The notes beneath the pieces were generated by a model. The model saw only the letters and a list, made by a program, of their open reading frames with translations, was not told the DNA's origin and ran no database searches. The position numbers were made by a program, and so were the translations under genes. 64,000 nucleotides of DNA from the human T2T-CHM13v2.0 reference genome, Homo sapiens. This document shows, one piece after another, positions 21,511-64,000 of the stretch. The DNA lies in the NCBI RefSeq assembly GCF_009914755.1, contig NC_060936.1; one strand, written 5' to 3'. How positions within the stretch are numbered: position 1 is the stretch's first letter; every line of letters begins with the position of its first letter.

Positions 21511-21784
21511 ACTTTATATGGTGTCCAAAATAATGTCTGGCATATAATAGGTGCTAAATAAATAACCTAACAAGTGAATGCTGTTGAATACAAGAACCTG
21601 GGAAATCACATGTAACAAGCAACAAGCTGAAGAAAGCGTTGAGTAATATATTCAACTCGCTAGGCAGAGCTGGGCTGAACTGGAGAAGTGTCCCTGAGAC
21701 ACTTAATGCCTTCACTGCAAAGCCCTTTCGAAGTCACTAACCTTTGGCTGTTCTTTCCCTTTAACTCATCTTGCTTTGCGTCAT

Positions 21785-22670
21785 GTGTGATGGTCATGTT
21801 TTTCCCCCCTAGAATCCATTCTCCTGCTTCTCTGATTATTGTATTTTGATTTTCCTTGGAGGAACAATCCAACACCCCCTAGGTTCATGCAGTTTATGTG
21901 GAACTGGACCAGGGCTCCAAGGATGAACATGTGGCCTAGGTCTGGCCAATCACAGCATTATATTCTGTTGCTAGCAGTGGTTGGTCCAGAGAGAAGGCAC
22001 ATGACCCAAGCCAGACCAAGGAAACTTCATTATGGGATTTTGCTGAAAGTGTTAGGAAGGAGAAATTATCACCAAGGTTTGTTTCTAAGCTGGTAGAATG
22101 CAAGCTTGGAGCTGCTGATGGCCATTTTTTTCTTTTCTTTTGTTGTTGTTGTTATTGTTGAGATGGAGTCTTGCTCTGTTGCCCAGGCAGGAGTGCATTA
22201 GTGCGATCTTGGCTCACTGCAACCTCGCCTCTCGGGTTCAAGCAGTTCTCCTGCCTCAGTCTCCCAAGTAGCTGGGATTACAGGCAGCTGCCACCACGCC
22301 TGGCTAATATTTGTATTTTTAGTAAAGATGGGGTTTTACCATGTTGGCCAGGCTGGTCTTGAACTCCTGAACTCAAGTGATCTGCCCATCTCAACCTCCC
22401 GAAGTTCTGAGATTACAGGTGTGAGCCACCGTACCCGGTCTGATGGCCATTTTTGCTGATACTTGGGAAGAACCAGCCTGAGAATGAAGTCAATACAGAG
22501 AGAAGCAGAGCCTAGAGATGGTAAGAAACAGAGGCCTGGTAAATGTCAATCAAACCCTGAATCCAGCTTTGCCTGAGGGAGGATCAGTCTCTGAACTAAT
22601 ATGAGTTCCCTATGTTGCTTTAGCCACTTTGATTTTGCCTTGTAATGCAGTGAATTCTAACAAACACATC
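21785..22670. mobile_element. Old ERVL/MaLR-class solo LTR (MLT1/LTR33-like) split by an Alu (about 22125-22440, -)
   Basis: GGCCAATCA, GAGCTGCTGATGGCCAT and AGAGAAGCAGAGC motifs; Alu TSD TGATGGCCATTTTT. Confidence 0.6.
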
Positions 22671-23889
22671 ACGTGATCCAAGTACCATGACTACAGTTAC
22701 TAAATCAAAAACAAATCCCGAAACCAAAAGCAACTGTTTGAAGGGAACTTATCCTCTACTTACTTATATAAGCAGAGAGGGAACTTCCGCTTTTCAATAG
22801 AGAAGCTACTGAAGGAAAACTCATCCCTTTCTCTGGTACCTCCATGAGTGAGGAGTGATTTGCCTAATAGTGGGTTTGGGAGAAGATGCTGAGTTTGTTG
22901 CCTGGTCCCTTTCTCTTTTTTTCTTTTTGCTATGGCCTGACCTTTAGACACTGCTGTTTTCCTCCTTCACCATGAGGAGCCTGTCCCTGTGAAAGACATT
23001 TGCAGTAACCCAGCCTGTGGCTGGGTAAATTAGTTTAATCCAGAGGGAAATTGCATGCACCACTAAAGCCACATTCTCCAATCAGCCTTATCCAGAAAAC
23101 AAACTCTAGAGCTCTAGTTTCCTGATTCATATATCTTTTTCTCAGTGGATTTGGAATTTGGAAAGGCTAAGGAGGGTGCAATTAATTATCAGCCCCATGA
23201 AACCCCAACATGTTAATTTACATATTTTCTTTAGAAAACTTTGAGAGGCAGTCCTGTGGAGATCAAATTTCTGGTGTTGTCAGGGCTCCAGGCTTAAAGG
23301 TAATTACGGGTCAAGTGTGTTCCTGACCTGGGTAGTTTGTGACAGTTACAGTGGTTCCACAGGATTTTAACTGGCTGGAGCCTGAGTACAAGGGCCTCTA
23401 GGGCAGGCCTTGACCTAACTCATGTGAGTACAGCCTTGACCTCAGCAGGCAGGCGGGACAGGGATTCGATTATTGGGGGAAAAGTCTTTCTGTCCCAGAG
23501 CAGGCTTACCTTCAAAAGGGCAGAACTTTAGTTTACCAACCTGTAGACTCCGGCGGGTAGATTTTTGCTTTTTGTAATACCTCTTTAAGCAACACTTGCG
23601 GCTGGGCAAGTTGACTTTGATTTGTGAATTGCATGAACTTTGATCACGGTTTAGCATTTGGAGAGCTCAGACTCTGGCTTTACCCATAGAATGGGGGTAT
23701 ATTTTATTAGTGAAAACAAATGAAAAGAACAGGGCCCTTATTGTATAGGAGATATGCTTCTTTGCGGGTGGAGGTAGATAAATTGAATGAAGACCCATAA
23801 GATAAGAAAACAGTGAGGCTTATGCCTTGAAACTTTTGTTTCTGAGAAACAGGTTTGCTTGAGAAATCAAGGAGGACCTGGACCTGGGT

Positions 23890-31689
<7,800 letters not shown>

Positions 31690-31739
31690 TCAATACCTAT
31701 GCAAACAAAGGAACAGTCCCTGGCCTATATAAGTAGTTG

Positions 31740-32102
<363 letters not shown>

Positions 32103-32354
32103 TAGAGAATTAAGTAATCTTTGGGTGAGCTTGTGAAACAAAGTCCTTGATGACATTGAAAGAACTACACTGCCCTCTCTTGGTCTTATTTCCAAAATTT
32201 GGATAATTTTTCTTAAAAAGGAGATGTTTGGTTTAAAAATTGGTGGGGCATTTTGAATTGTTATCCGTGGTCTGTATTTCCTAAATCTTCCCGTTCACTC
32301 ACCCCATAACCCTGCCACCCTCTTTCTACATTGGCGACAATGCCTCTTAGTATC

Positions 32355-33350
<996 letters not shown>

Positions 33351-33363
33351 TATCCCAGCTCTT

Positions 33364-46155
<12,792 letters not shown>

Positions 46156-47126
46156 TGAGGACGTAATAATGATAGCTAACTCTTATTGAGCACTTACTGT
46201 GTGCAGACACTGCTGAGTGTTCCATAAACGTCCATTCTCTAAACAATAACCCTGAGAAGTAGCTGTTACTATCACTGTCAGGTAAATGAGAAAACCGGGT
46301 CTCAGAGTTTAAGTGGAACGGTATCAAACCTTTGAAAATACTTGAAGTGGTCCCAGACAACAGTGATGCAAAGAGCAATAATGAATTCTTGCAGCCCAAG
46401 ACGAAATTAAGTCGAGACAATGGTGGAAATTAGTGCCTTGGCTGCACTGAACTTTCACTTAAAGAGAGGCCAAAGGTCTATCTTACTAAATGTGACTATG
46501 TTAAGACCCTTCTCTGTTGACCTGAATTCTAAAAACCCAGGATTCCTCCTGTGTTGAATTGGAGGTGGAAAGCTATTGAGGGAGGGGTTATGCTCACTTC
46601 TTAGGAGTCATATGTAGGGATAATTAACATTTTTTTCAGAAAATGATTAATTCTAGAATTACACATTTAGTGGAAATATTTTATAATCTAATTTGACGTT
46701 TGGCTGGCGCCGTGGCTCACGCCTGTAATCCCAGCACTTTGGGAGGTCAACTCGGGTGGATTGCTTGAGGTAGGAGTTCAAGATCAGTCTGGTCAAAATG
46801 GCGAAACCCAGTCTCTACTAAAAATAGAAAAAATAGCCGGGCATGGTGTAATCCTAGCTACTCGGGAGGCTGAGGCAGGAGACTCGCTTGAACCCAGGAG
46901 GCAGAGGTTGCAGTAATTACCACTGCACTCCAGACTGGGCGACAGAGCAAGACTGTCTCAAAAAAAAAAATTGACATGGATGACTTCACTGAATGACTGT
47001 GACCCGCTAAGATTGAGTGCAAAACTTTGTGAATATGCCTTTTCCTGAGATGAGAGTTCATAGCAGCCGATTCTTAAAGTGGTTCATGATCTCAAAAAAA
47101 GTTTTTAAAATTTTCCGATTGTGTGA

Positions 47127-47387
<261 letters not shown>

Positions 47388-48918
47388 TGATCTCAAACTC
47401 CTGGGCTCAAGTGATCCTCCCACCTTGGCCTTCCAAAGTGCTGGGATTACAGGTGTAAACAACTGTGCCCAGCCTATCCCTTCTTAAGAAGATCTTTTCT
47501 CAAATTGATTAAGGCTCAGTATTAGTAAGTAAAAAAGTCATCAGCTGAGATCTTGAACTCTAGGACTTAACTGCGGTTACTGAACCTTTATTTCTCCAAA
47601 AGCTCTCCTTTCTGAATTACGAGTAATCTGAAAGAAAAAGTACAGAGAAATATATTTGCTATTTTAATATATAAACAGAGCTCTGTTTTATATTTAAATT
47701 GTTGATTTGATGAATTAGTAGGGAAGTTAAATCAGTGATAAACTGGGACAGAAGAAAGCCAAGTATTCAATGCCTGAAACTCTAAAGTTTTTGGACTGGA
47801 TTGTCTTTTATTCATGTAAGTACTCCATCTGTTAATGCATTTTCTCTCCAAAATAAAGCTATGCTTGAAACATCATTATTATAGCATGTGTTCAAGGCTG
47901 TTTTTCCAGTATAGGGGATGAATTTGTGCTTGTCCTCACACTTTATTTTTTTTTTTTTTGGTCACAGGGTCTCACTCTGTCACTCAGGCTGGAGTATAGT
48001 GGCATGATCACAGCTCACTGCAGCCTCGACCTCCTAGGCTCAGGTGATCTTCCCACCTCAGACTCCCGGGTAGCTGGAACTACAGGTGCTGCATGCCACC
48101 ACGCCCGGCTAATTTTTTGTAGGGACGGGGTTTCACCATGTTGCCCAGGCTGGTCTTGAACTCCTGGCCTCAAGTGATTGCCCACCTAGGCCTCCCATAG
48201 TGTTAGGATTACAGGCTTGAGCCACTGCACTCTGCCAGTCACCTGTCTTCACCTTTTTAAAGGACCTCTCTTTAGACTTGTGACAGTAATAACTCATTTG
48301 TTAACTGTTCACTGTGTGGCAGGCACTGTGCTAAGCATTTCACCTATGATGTATCTCATTTAATCCTTACAACAACCCCATGATGAGGGTACTGTTATCC
48401 CCATTTTTCAGGTGGATAAATTATTTGCCTAATTTTAGGACACGCAACTTGTAGATATCGGAGCAGGAGGCTGACTGTGAGTGGAGAACTGGATGGAAAA
48501 TTGCAGGTGGCTTCAGGCAGTGTTGGTGGAGAAGAGTGATAACCCTTCATCTTGAATCTGGGCTCTGTTCATTAGTACCCTGCTCTACAAGCCAGGTGTG
48601 CAGATGCGATAGGAGGCAAGGGCAGCTGAGTGCTGCTTAGACCTGACAGGGGCTCAACAGCTACTTGGTGGATGATTAAGTACACTCGCATCCTGGGTAG
48701 AAACCTTTTTCCTAAGTGGAGTTATTAAACACTATTGCTTCGTCCTTAGTAGTCTTACAGCTGCCTATAAGGGCTTTAAGTTTTGAAAACAAAGCAAGAT
48801 AGTAATTTTAAACATACAGGGAACCTAAAGCACTTTTAATTTTTTACATTAGCGTGCATAAGTTGTGTCATTTTACTAGGCACATAGAAGAGTTCTCAAC
48901 TAGAGAGAAGCACTGTAA

Positions 48919-49610
<692 letters not shown>

Positions 49611-49760
49611 TGAGCCACTGCATCCGGCCGCTGTGGGGTACATTTTTCTAAAGCTCCTTTTTATCGTGAAATAATTCATACGTACAAATAAGAATGTTGG
49701 GTGGACACTAGCAGCATTTGCTTCAGATTCCTTTTTTGTTAATTTTGTTTTTTGGCTTGA

Positions 49761-49892
<132 letters not shown>

Positions 49893-49938
49893 TAGCTGGG
49901 ATTACAGGCGCCCACCACCATACCTGGCTAATTTTTGA

Positions 49939-50386
<448 letters not shown>

Positions 50387-50748
50387 TTACAGATAAGATT
50401 GAAGGTTGATCTTACTTCTTCCCTTCCAGCAATAATTGCAACTATAAATTCATTCTCTATTTTTTAAAAGGGTTTTCTTGTCCTTATTTGACAGAATAAG
50501 ATAGAGAATTAAAAATCCAGATAATCATCTTTGTTGCAAAGCGGCAAAGAAAAATCATCCTTATTAATGATTAAAAGTTGACCAGGAGTGGTGGCTCACA
50601 CCTGTAATCCCAGCACTTTGGGTGGCTAAGGCTGGCAGATCACTTGAGGTCAGGAGTTTGAGACCAGCCTGGCCAACATGGTGAAACCCCGTCCCTAATA
50701 AAAATACAAAAAAAAAAAAAAAGTTGGGCGTGGTAGTGCATGCCTTTA

Positions 50749-50946
<198 letters not shown>

Positions 50947-51444
50947 CTAAATCACCAAAGACATTCTGAGCACCTGAGCCGGTATGATTCTTGGCCAAGG
51001 GTCTGTGAATATGAGTTCAGCTTTAAAGCAGCAGGTTATACGTGAAGAGGGGGCAAGATTGAAAAGTCTCTTTCCTGAAGGTTTAAGTGGGCCCTTCCTC
51101 TGAATCGTAATCTCTAGAGGAGGGGCTTAAGGACTTTGGAGTTTTAAACTGGTGGTTCTTATGGTCAGGCAAATGGTTTAGGGGTGCTTGTTCTTAAACT
51201 TGTCTAATTATAAGCATCACCTGGAAAGTTTCTGAAAACTGCAAATGCCTGGGTTTCATATTCAGCTTACGAAATCAGCATCTCTGTAGGCAAAGCACTA
51301 ACAGAACTTTCCAAGCGAGTCAGATCATTAGCCACTTTGGGGAAACCTCTGATTGTGGGATGCTCAAACTGACTCATTTCCACTTCACAAATTTCCCCCA
51401 AAGTGCAATAGGAAAAATAAAATGGATCTTTTTTATGAAATTGA

Positions 51445-51648
<204 letters not shown>

Positions 51649-51935
51649 TAAGTTTACGTATGACACATGCAATTTTGAAAAAATTTGACCAGGATAATAC
51701 AATTTGGAGAAAGGGAAAACTTTCCCAGGCTTAAAAACCCAAACCTGATTTCCAGTGTTTTACGTCGTTCTGAAGCCATACCGTCCAAACAAATATGTAA
51801 AAAAGTAGCTATCCCTGGCAGGGCGCAGTGGCTCACGCCTGTAATCCCAGCACTTTGGGAGGCTGAGGTGGGTGGATCACGAGGTCAGGAGATTGGGACC
51901 ATTCTGGCTAACACGGTGAAACCCCGTCTCTACTA

Positions 51936-52115
<180 letters not shown>

Positions 52116-52473
52116 CTATCCCTTATTTGCATTCAGCCAGGTGACTGTGCAGGCAAAAGAGAAGAGAGAATATACATTAAAATAATGTAATGAAACCTCT
52201 GTGTTTGAAGATTGAATTACATTTCAATTTGAGTTGTAGACAGTGGTCACATTTTTTGTATCAGTGAATTAGTATAGCCTAGGGTGAAAAGTGCATTTTA
52301 ATTTCACAGCTTTTGTTGTGGACATAGTATTTGTAACAAAAAATTAGATAAGAAATCTGTACTTTTCTGATATGTAAATCTACCAGGAATTCTCACAGTT
52401 CGCATTGTATAGAACAATGAAAAATGACATTTCCAGCTGATTATAAGGTAAATAAATAATCTGTTCTGAATGA

Positions 52474-52674
<201 letters not shown>

Positions 52675-53094
52675 TAGTAGAGGTGGGGTTTCACCATATT
52701 GGTCAGGCTGCTCTCGAACTCCTGACCTCAGGTGATCCGCCCTCCTTGGCCTCCCAAAGTGCCGGGATTTCAGGTGTAAGCCAACGCGCCCAGCTTCAAG
52801 GCTTTTTGAAAAACTAGGAGCACTTAGAAGAGGCTCATTAATTCAGGATGGGACCAACTTAGTATTCAGAGATAGCTAATTTAAATTTAGCCTTATAGCA
52901 AGTTTTAGCAATTGATACTTGATAGGTGAACCCTTTTAAGAAGTACAATGGGTTTTTCCTGTGAGAAACTATTTTATTGACCAATGGGATTTTGAGCCTA
53001 TTTCTAGTATTGTAAAAATGCTCAGAGAACAGGGCAATGTAGTCAGATTAATTTTCTGGCTACCTGGCCTGTAGCATGTTTCAGTATTTGTTGA

Positions 53095-53368
<274 letters not shown>

Positions 53369-55342
53369 TAGCCAGGCTGGTCTTGAACTTCTGACCTCGT
53401 GATCCGCCCACCTCGGCCTCCCAAAGTGCTGGGATTACAGGCGTGAGCCACTGCGCCTAACCTGGAAGATCTCTTTTCTCCTTAACCATTAGTACCTAGT
53501 AGAGCTCCTGCCACATAGTGGGCCCTCGTTAAGAATGAGTTGAATTGGCTGGGCATGGTGTCTCACGCCTGTAATCCCAGCACTTTGGGAGGCTGAGGCA
53601 TGTAGATCACTTGAGGTCAGGAGTTTGAGACCAGCCTGGCCAAGATAGTGAAACCCCGTGTCTACTAAAAATACAAAAATCAGCTGGGCGTGGTGGTGGG
53701 TGCCTGTAATCCCAGCTACTCAGGGGGCTGAGGTGGGAGAATCGCTTGAACCTGGGAGGCAGAGGTTGCAGGAGCCAAGATCGCACCATTGCACTCTAGC
53801 CCGGGCAACAAGAGCGAAACTCCATAAAAAAAAATAATAATAATAATAATGAGTTGAATGGATGAATGAATTTCTCCCTTCCACCTCTAACTGATTTCCT
53901 AGTGTCCCTTGTTGACTTCCTCTACCATTAGTCTTTTAGGCCGACACCAGGCCAAAAACCTGGAGGCTCCCCTGACCCTTGCCTCTTCCTTTCCTTTTCC
54001 TGTCTCAGCAGTCTTTCCTTTCTCCCAACCTTTCTTGAGTACCTCCTGAATGCCAGCACCAGGGACATAAAGATGAGTTAGGCACTCTCCTGCCTTCAAA
54101 GAGCTTACCGTCGAGTAAGGGAGACAGAGGAGTGGATGGCAGTTTCTACATCAAGCACGATGAGAAGGCAGAGGAATGGCATCTAACTCAGCCCCACTAA
54201 GGAATGCTCCCCAGAAAACAGGAGCTGAGCTGGGTCCTGAAGGACACGTGGAAGATGGTCAGCATGGACTGAGGGGAAGGGCATTCCAGGCAGAGGGAAC
54301 TGCGTGGACAGAGATGGGGGGATGTGGGATGGCCTGCTTAACTGCAGGTAACTCAGTGTGGCCAGAAGAGGGGTGGGGTGAGAGGAGTGTAGGAAAGAGA
54401 TCAGGGGTCAGGTCCCCAGGGGCCTTGTGTATATGCTAAGGGGTTTGGACTCTGTCCTGAAGTCCACAGGGCCTGGGTTGTAAGAGGATCAGATTCCCAT
54501 CTTATGTAATTCTGCAGCATCATATGCAGTGGATCACAAGGCCAAGCCTGGTGGCAGAGAACCAAGTAAAAAGCTATTGCAGATGCGGATTAACGGTTTC
54601 CCTCCCCATCCTCCCCAAAAGCTGTGACAGTGGGGCTAGGGAGAAGTATCTAGATCTGATGATGATACTGAAATACTGCACAGGATTGGGGAGGTGGCTG
54701 ACTGGAGGGGAGTAAGGAATCCCATTCTGTGGAGCCTTCCATCACTCTAGCCCTCGTGGTCGTCCATCCCTGCTCCTGCTTTATGAGCTCACACCTCATC
54801 CTGTCAAGCACTCACTAAAAGACCTTCAGAAGTTCTCATTATCTATAGGCTTCTTAGCCTGGATTCAGATTCATTCCCACCTTCTTTCAGAGCCTATCAC
54901 CTGCTACCAGCCATCTCAAATCCACTCCAGCCCAACCTTGGTACTCAGAGTTTCCCAAAGACCATGAGTCGTTACCCAGCCTTGGCCATTGCCGTTCTTG
55001 CACTTGGATTTGCTTCCCATTCCTACTGTCTGTCTGATTTCTACTTATCCTTTAAGGCCCAGTAAAAACGGAATGATAATATCCAGTCTTGGCAAGGGTA
55101 CAGGGAAATAGGCACTCTTACTACAGTGTTGGTGAGAATGTATATTGTGCCCTTCTAGAGGGCAATCTGGGAGTGTGTCTCAGAAGCTTTAAATAATGTT
55201 ACCTGCCTTTTGGTTTAGCAGTTCCAGTTCAGGAAACATATCCTAAGGAAACAACTGGAGACAGTCATAAAGATGTATGTATAAGGTTGTCATTATAGCA
55301 TTACATATAATTGGGGAAAATTAGAAACCTAAACCTAAACCA

Positions 55343-56204
<862 letters not shown>

Positions 56205-56217
56205 TCTGTATCTATAG

Positions 56218-56451
<234 letters not shown>

Positions 56452-56500
56452 TAGTAGAGACAGGGTTTCGCCATGTTGGCCAGGCTGGTCTTGAATGCCT

Positions 56501-56724
56501 GACCTGAGGTGATCCGCTCACCTCGGCCTCCCAAAGTGCTGGGATTACAGGCATGATCCACTGTGCCTGGTCCTGTACCATAACTTGTAAGCACTAAACC
56601 TTCCAGACGACTGATCTCAGGTGATCCACCCGCCTCGGCCTCCCAAAGTGCTGGGATTAGAGGCATGAGCCACTGTGCCTGGCCCTGTACCATAACTTCT
56701 AAGCATTAAACCTTCCAGATGACT
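56501..56724. repeat. 112-bp tandem duplication (Alu end plus unique flank)
   Basis: Units 56501-56612 and 56613-56724, both ending CCTTCCAGAYGACT. Confidence 0.92.
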
Positions 56725-57146
56725 CCACATTTTCTTATTCTCACAGTCCTTTGAAGACAGCTTTATTCTAAAGACAAGGAATTTGGATCTATTCTGGGTA
56801 CTTTTAAACAATCTGAAGGTCTGCAAAATTTTATCTAATTGATGCTATCAGAGTTTGTAAAGTTCACTGACATAAAAATTATACCCTGATCTACGTTCTT
56901 GACAAGATTTCCTTAAAGGTTATTCTACTTGTCTCAATTTTGTTTTTTTCTGTTAGAGGAAAAAGTTTTAAATGCCAAGCTTTTTCTTTTTTAAAAAGAG
57001 ATGAGGATCTCACTATGTTGCCAGACTGGCCTCGAACTCCTAACCTCAAGTGAGCCTTGCATCTTAACCTCCTGAGTAGTTGGTAATACAGGTGCATGCT
57101 ACTGTGACTGGCCCAAATGCAAAATATTTCAACACAGAATAAACTA

Positions 57147-57742
<596 letters not shown>

Positions 57743-57756
57743 GGATTCAATTCTAA

Positions 57757-57951
<195 letters not shown>

Positions 57952-58023
57952 TAACATAGTACAGTACAAGCATCTGACAGTTTTAAAATAATTTTGCTAA
58001 GATTGTGTGCTTATGTCTTGTAA

Positions 58024-58266
<243 letters not shown>

Positions 58267-58702
58267 TAATTATGATTATGGTTTTTTTGAGACAGAGTCT
58301 TGCTCTGTCACCCAGGCTGGCGTGCAGTGGCGCAATCTCGGCTCACTGAAACCTCCACCTCCCAGATTCAAGTGATTCTCCTGCCTCAGCCTACTGAGTA
58401 GCTGGGATTACAGGTGCCTGCCACCATGCCTGGATAATTTTTGTGTGTGCGTGGTTTTTTTTTTTTTTTTTTTTTTTTGAGACGGAGTTTCGCTCTTGTT
58501 GCCCAGGCTGGAGTGCAACGGCTCAATCTCGGCTCATCACAAATCCTCTGCCTCTTGGGTTCAAGTGAGTCTCCTGCCTCAGCCTCCCAAGTAGCTGGGA
58601 TTACAGGCATGGGCCACCATGCCTGGCCAGTTTTGTATTTTTAGTAGAGACGGGGTTTCTCCATGTTGGTCAGGCTGGTCTTGAACTCCCGACCTCAGGT
58701 GA

Positions 58703-58966
<264 letters not shown>

Positions 58967-60016
58967 TAGTAGAGACAGGGTTTCACCATGTTGGCGAGGC
59001 TGGTCTCAAACTCCTGACCTTAAATGATCCTCCTGCCTCGGCCTCTCAAAATGCCGAGATTACAGGTGTGAGCTGCCTTGTCCAGCCCTCAGTTAGATTT
59101 AAAGCAATTATTCTGTTTTGCTATATGTATAGTGTATATCTTTAGAGACCATTTCACAGGTAATAGGAAGTAACTTTATAGACCTGTGGGCATGCACATT
59201 TTCTTTAAAAGTAATTATGATTGTGTAGTTGTCTTTCGAAACCGTATACTTATCTTAAAAGTGTTTATAATATGCAGACATACATAGGAATCTAGGTTTC
59301 TATATATACATGTGTTTTTTTAACTTTATTTCCTCCTGGTTTAATGGTTGAAAATCAGGCTCAGCTTTGAACATTACCTGTGGTTTCTATTTCCTTTTTT
59401 CTTTTATTTTTACTAAGAATATTTGCATGAAAACAGGATCTTTATTTTTATCTGAGCATTTAGCTCAAATATATGTCTAGATCCAAAGTACATGTACATG
59501 TAAAATGTTATCAGGATATCAAAGATCAGAGACACGTTTATGCTTTTATTTGTCAAATTCTGTCATATTTTCAGAATATCTTTATAGATTTTGGTTTTGT
59601 TCTCTTGTGATTGAAAACAGGCAGATGCTCTGTGTGATTTGTAATCTGAAGTGATAACTGGCCAGTGACTGTCAGGTTCTCTGTCGTAACACCAGCCCAG
59701 TGAACATGCCAGCCTGCTTCCTTCTCTCTCTTCTGTACACAGCACATTTTACTCCAGGACTTTCACGGTGGCTGTGTGAGAGTAGAAGTCGGATTCTTTC
59801 ATTCCCATAGCCATCCGGAGAGAGCTTCTCCTTACAGGTTGATACAGCAAACTCATCAGTCCAGGGGCTAGAGAAATAGACGGATTATTATTGGCTTCTG
59901 TTGTGCTGTTTACTTGTAAGTGCTACAAACTATTACTTCCCCATTATTAGAAGAAGCAGGCTGAGTCTGGAGGTCCTGTTTGTTTAATAAGCTTTAAAAA
60001 ATCCTGGGAGAAGTGA

Positions 60017-60720
<704 letters not shown>

Positions 60721-60788
60721 TAGACTAAAAAACTTAATGTTCATGCCTACAAATCAAAGATCATGAAAATTAAAACTGAATATTTGAA

Positions 60789-61923
<1,135 letters not shown>

Positions 61924-62487
61924 TAAAACTGAATATTTGAATTCTGAATAGAGGATTTAAGGTTGTTTATTCTGTGATAAACTTGTATTTTGTCTCTTCA
62001 GAGTTCTTTGTTCTCCTCAACCTTAAAAGATGCAGCAAAATGCTTGAGGCATGTTGCTGAGATCATGGAGTAGATTGGTTGGTTGTCTGGTCATCTTCTC
62101 AAAATTGTATTTAGTTTTACAGATTTTGGAAGATGTGTGCTGTTTTATGTCTATTCAGTAGTACACCTTTAAATGGGACACATATTAACTGAATGAACCT
62201 TAACTCTTTTGGAAGCATCTTTTTAAAAGCAAAGTATAAAAGCAACATGTACTAGTTCTAAAAGTTCAACATATAGAGGCATATAAGTTGAAAGATCCCT
62301 GTATCCATTAATATTCATACTGCAAATCACTTTGAAGAGATTGGTGTGTATTCTTCCTGATTTTTAAATATGTCTATTATAATGTATATATGGTGTTGTA
62401 TAGAAGTGGGATTTATAGGTATCCACATTGTTCTAGAAAATTCCTTTTTCAGTGATAAATCATGTGCATCTTCCCATGTCAATATAA

Positions 62488-63390
<903 letters not shown>

Positions 63391-64000
63391 TTAACAGACA
63401 TGTTTCCAGTTTTTGCTGTTATCCACAATGAACATTCTCATATATACATACATTTTTGTACACTTCACTGATTAAATCCTTAGGATACATTCCTATAAAT
63501 GAGTTAGTTTGGTAAAAATGAATGGAAAATTTAAATATTGATACCAGATTGCCCTCCAGAAAAATTGCAGTGCTTTACACTCCCAGCTCCAGTGAGTGGA
63601 AGGAGTTGTTTCCCATACTCCTGCTGGCACTAAAGCATTTGGATAAACTTTCAAGTTCGAGAAAATTGGCTATAAGCCTAATAGCTATTAATCTGGGTTT
63701 TGAAGATTGGAAAATAATTTTGTGGGGTTTGGTTTTGGGAAAGAAGGCATTCTTTCATAAAACTGATTTATAAAAAATTGATTTTTATGATTTTAATGTA
63801 TACTGTATATGTTATTTAAATAATTAATGCTAGCGAAAAATAATTCTCTCAACCCTGTGTCCAGCCACCTAGTTCCTGTCTGCAGAGGCAGATCGTTATG
63901 TCATTGTCTCATGTACCCTTCCAGAGGAATTCCATGACTAAGAAGCCTGCAAATACAGTAACATGCACATACAGAAACACATCCTTTTAAAAATGGCGAC

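Overview
Human genomic DNA, very rich in Alu elements, recognisable as the PPTC7-TCTN1 locus (12q24.11, from recall). Minus strand: PPTC7 exon 1 (CDS 14723-14504) in a CpG island, with intron 1 running to the window start. Plus strand: TCTN1 coding exons 1-4 (45874-46093, 51527-51647, 58053-58183, 60458-60609), which splice into one open frame. PPTC7 intron 1 carries a young HERV-K(HML-2) element: a full 968-bp LTR5_Hs, a PBS, the leader and 124 codons of gag. It ends in a 28-bp inverted copy of its own U5/PBS junction that recreates an integrase-type CCCCTACA end, and the whole unit lies between GTATT target-site duplications. Other leads: a TISU/YY1-context uORF in the PPTC7 leader, a TCTN1 uORF whose stop overlaps the main AUG, a competing TCTN1 exon-1 donor with its own ATG, and a cluster of local duplication and conversion scars in TCTN1 intron 2. 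The rest is Alu, L1, L2, MIR, DNA-transposon and old LTR debris. Repeat boundaries and subfamilies are approximate and called by eye. No prokaryotic-type system (CRISPR etc.) is present, and all functional proposals are untested inference.
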